Shown: piece after piece, positions 21,492 through 24,214 of the stretch
Layout: every line of letters starts with the position of its first letter
Position numbering within the stretch: the stretch's first letter is position 1
Assembly (NCBI RefSeq): GCF_006345805.1
Contig: NW_021836462.1
Span: forward strand, 1 to 24,214
From: Octopus sinensis
Lineage: Eukaryota
Direction: 5' to 3'
DNA: 24,214 nt
Program-made: the position numbers and the translations under genes
Notes under the pieces: model-generated
The model's database searches: none
What the model saw: only the letters and a program-made list of their open reading frames with translations
Told to the model about the DNA's origin: nothing

Positions 21492-21917
21492 TGTATATTA
21501 GGAAGGATTATTTGCACATTTCTCAACGTCCCCAAAATGACACCAAACCCGTGGCATAATTCTCTCCCCCACTTTAATTACCCTACCACTCACCTCCCTC
21601 TACTTCCCTTGGATGTCAACAACAAAGATTTCCATTTCCCCATCCACCGTACCCCCCCCCCAATACTTCCTCTACTGCATTCTCAACTCCTCCAACATTC
21701 AACAACTCCGCGATCGTACCTTTTCCTGCAACGCGGACATTTATCTTACTTTAGCCCTCTCTGGAATCATCCTCTTCTGTTTCTCCTGTGCCTGGAACTC
21801 TTCGTGGATCTCACACTAATAACATATCATGGGTCTTGAGTGCAGCTTTTTCCTCCAGAACAACTCAATAAAGGTGGAAACTTTTACCTACAGGCTCTTT
21901 GACTGATTTGTTGTAAT

Positions 21918-21967
21918 GTAGTAGTAGTAGTAGCAGCAGCAGTAGTAGTAGTAGTAGTAGTAGTAGT

Positions 21968-22060
<93 letters not shown>
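21918..22060. repeat. (TAG)n/(CAG)n microsatellite
   Basis: Direct reading; gives the poly-Y/C tail of ORF 21888..22391. Confidence 0.95.
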
Positions 22061-22062
<2 letters not shown>

Positions 22063-22167
22063 GGGTGGGGGTGGAGATGGTGGCGGTGTAGAACGGTGCA
22101 GAAACTGAGTTCCGTCAGTTCCGTATTAACTGCCTCTCGTTGTAAAAGTGCTGTCGCATCGAATCTA

Positions 22168-22210
22168 CAGCGGAGCCACAGCGGAGCCACAGCGGAGCCA
22201 CAGCGTAGCC
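22168..22210. repeat. 11-bp minisatellite (cagcggagcca)x3 plus one imperfect unit
   Basis: Units start at 22168, 22179, 22190, then cagcgtagcc at 22201. Confidence 0.9.
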
Positions 22211-22844
22211 TCGTGTCCCTAGTCCCGCCGAGTGGTTCACTAATAGGTACGTTACGAATGTTGAGTCTTGTTATCACGGTGTATATGTCCTGGAGGAAGC
22301 TCATCTTTAGCACAGCAAGGGCCTGACCCCCAAAGATTAGCCACTTCTCTTCAGAGTCAGAAAATATTTCAACCTTAACAGCTGCTGACACTGTATAAGA
22401 CTAAAGTGAGGTCCATAATGGAGTAGCGCTCCTGTATCTGAGGAGGTGCTGCTACTATATACACAGAGGAAAGGGGGCTTGTTGATTGCATTGACGAAAG
22501 GGCGACATTCACCGACCAGCAATCAAAATATAGCTTCTGGCCCAAAATAGTCTGTGATCCTCGAAGCTAGTTGATCTCATCGTACATCTACCATGTAACC
22601 AGCCCCAACCCACTCACCCTCCACCGTTCGTCACCTTTGTTGCATCCAAACCCAACCATTCTGGGTTCATCCTAACACCAATATTTAGCCTTTACTCACT
22701 ACAACATCGGCTTCCTTAAAATAAGGGTAGTGATCACGGGTACAGTTGTGATTTATTACTCAAGCCGTCCTTCGTAGGGGCCTATGACCAATGATATGAC
22801 AGATAGACATTTATATTTGGTGCAGCTGATGTAAGCTGCTTTCA

Positions 22845-23054
22845 AATTTCAGCACAAGGCCAGTAGTTTTTGAAGGAAGGGGACCAGTCGATTACATCTA
22901 CCTCAGTACTGAACTGGGGTTTATTTTATTGACCCCAAAAAGGTGGAAGACAAAGTCAACCTCAGTAGAATTGAAACTCAGAGCGTAAAGACGGACGAAA
23001 TGCAGCTAAGCATTTTGTCCGGCATGCTAGCGATTCTGCCAGCTCGCAGCCTTA
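22845..23054 (-). mobile_element. SINE family A
   Basis: Reverse complement aaggctgcgagctggcagaatcgctagc...gagtttcaattctactgaggttgactttgtcttccacc...ggccttgtgctgaaatttga. Confidence 0.85.
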
Positions 23055-23095
23055 AAGGAAGATGCGTTCCCATGCTGGCAATTCATGTAAATTAA

Positions 23096-23149
23096 TTAAT
23101 ATCCTTTCATATTCGTCCAAAACGCATGACGAATATGAAAGGATATTAA
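23096..23149. repeat. Perfect 22-bp inverted repeat with 10-nt loop
   Basis: ttaatatcctttcatattcgtc - caaaacgcat - gacgaatatgaaaggatattaa. Confidence 0.95.
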
Positions 23150-23218
23150 AATCAACTTAATTCGGATGATGCCGGAGAAGTGTTTGTACAGATAAGTCTG
23201 TAGAAAAGTAACATTAGG

Positions 23219-23254
<36 letters not shown>

Positions 23255-23836
23255 GAGAGAGAGAGGGGTAGAGGGAGAAAAAGAGGAAATGGTATCCCAC
23301 AGTGTTATAAAATGCTATCTTGCTAAGTTAAGAAACGTTATCTCGAACTGAATTAAAATTAGTTTTCTGTAGTTGAAATCTTTTGATACAAATATATTAA
23401 TTTTAGAATTTCTAAGAATTTTCTAGACAGTGTAGACTTTAATAATTGCTTCCTTTCACTAAAAGCTGTGTATACACCAAACTAATAAATAAGCAGCTTT
23501 CTTCATCATTACATCTATAATACTTTCCTCTTTTCAGATATCGTGTCTTCAGGTCCATATTATCCAATGTATTTCCCATATTTTAAGAAGGTGTTTCCAT
23601 TTCACTATTAATTCTAGCAGCTTGCTGCTTTCGAAGCGATTGTTGTCTGAATGATATTGTTGTGGTAGTGGTTGCCGTGGTTTTTCATATTGTTATTAGC
23701 AGATGTCATGTAAGCCAGACATAAATACATACATTCATATCTACATACATACATAAATACATACATACATATATATGTATATATATATATTATATATATA
23801 ATATATAGATATATATATATATATATATATATTATC

Positions 23837-23877
<41 letters not shown>

Positions 23878-23904
23878 GAGAGAGAGAGAGAAAGAGAGAG
23901 AGAG

Positions 23905-24018
23905 TGAGATAGATAGATAGATAGATAAATAGACAGACACATACAGAGATAGATAGATAGATTATAGATAGATAAACAGACAGACAGACAGATACATAGA
24001 TAGGTAGATAGATAGATC

Positions 24019-24115
<97 letters not shown>
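23905..24115. repeat. (GATA)n/(GACA)n microsatellite
   Basis: Direct reading. Confidence 0.95.
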
Positions 24116-24214
24116 TGTTTATTACCGGAAACTGAGTAATGTAACAAAAACTAATTACTCTCCAAGCTAGATTTCCCTACCCCGACGCCCCAACAACAAG
24201 ACATGACTAAGTAA

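Noticed and set aside
21537-21850. C-rich ORFs, possible decayed Poseidon-type PLE (RTFSCN)
   Set aside because: A single short motif is not enough to call.

Overview
AT-rich, microsatellite-saturated animal genomic DNA with no prokaryotic features and no intact protein-coding gene that I can support. The SINE families look like those I recall from octopus genomes (recognised from memory, not database-checked). Almost all long ORFs in the supplied track are translations of microsatellites. The real content is layered mobile-element debris: about 15 tRNA-derived SINE copies built from shared modules, a 377-bp non-autonomous Helitron whose empty site is also present in a local duplicate, two restriction-like-endonuclease (RLE) LINE 3' ends each sitting in its own microsatellite type, Penelope-like RT and GIY-YIG remnants (one with a 5' inversion), a mariner transposase remnant and a TTAA-flanked piggyBac-type MITE. 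One host-derived relic is invisible in the ORF track: a heavily decayed, apparently intronless class A GPCR pseudogene on the minus strand (~2.4-3.45 kb). There are two clean fold-back hairpins and a weak, speculative three-exon + strand gene model. I found no convincing novel multi-gene system. Coordinates are hand-counted; fuzzy element ends may be off by 10-20 bp.
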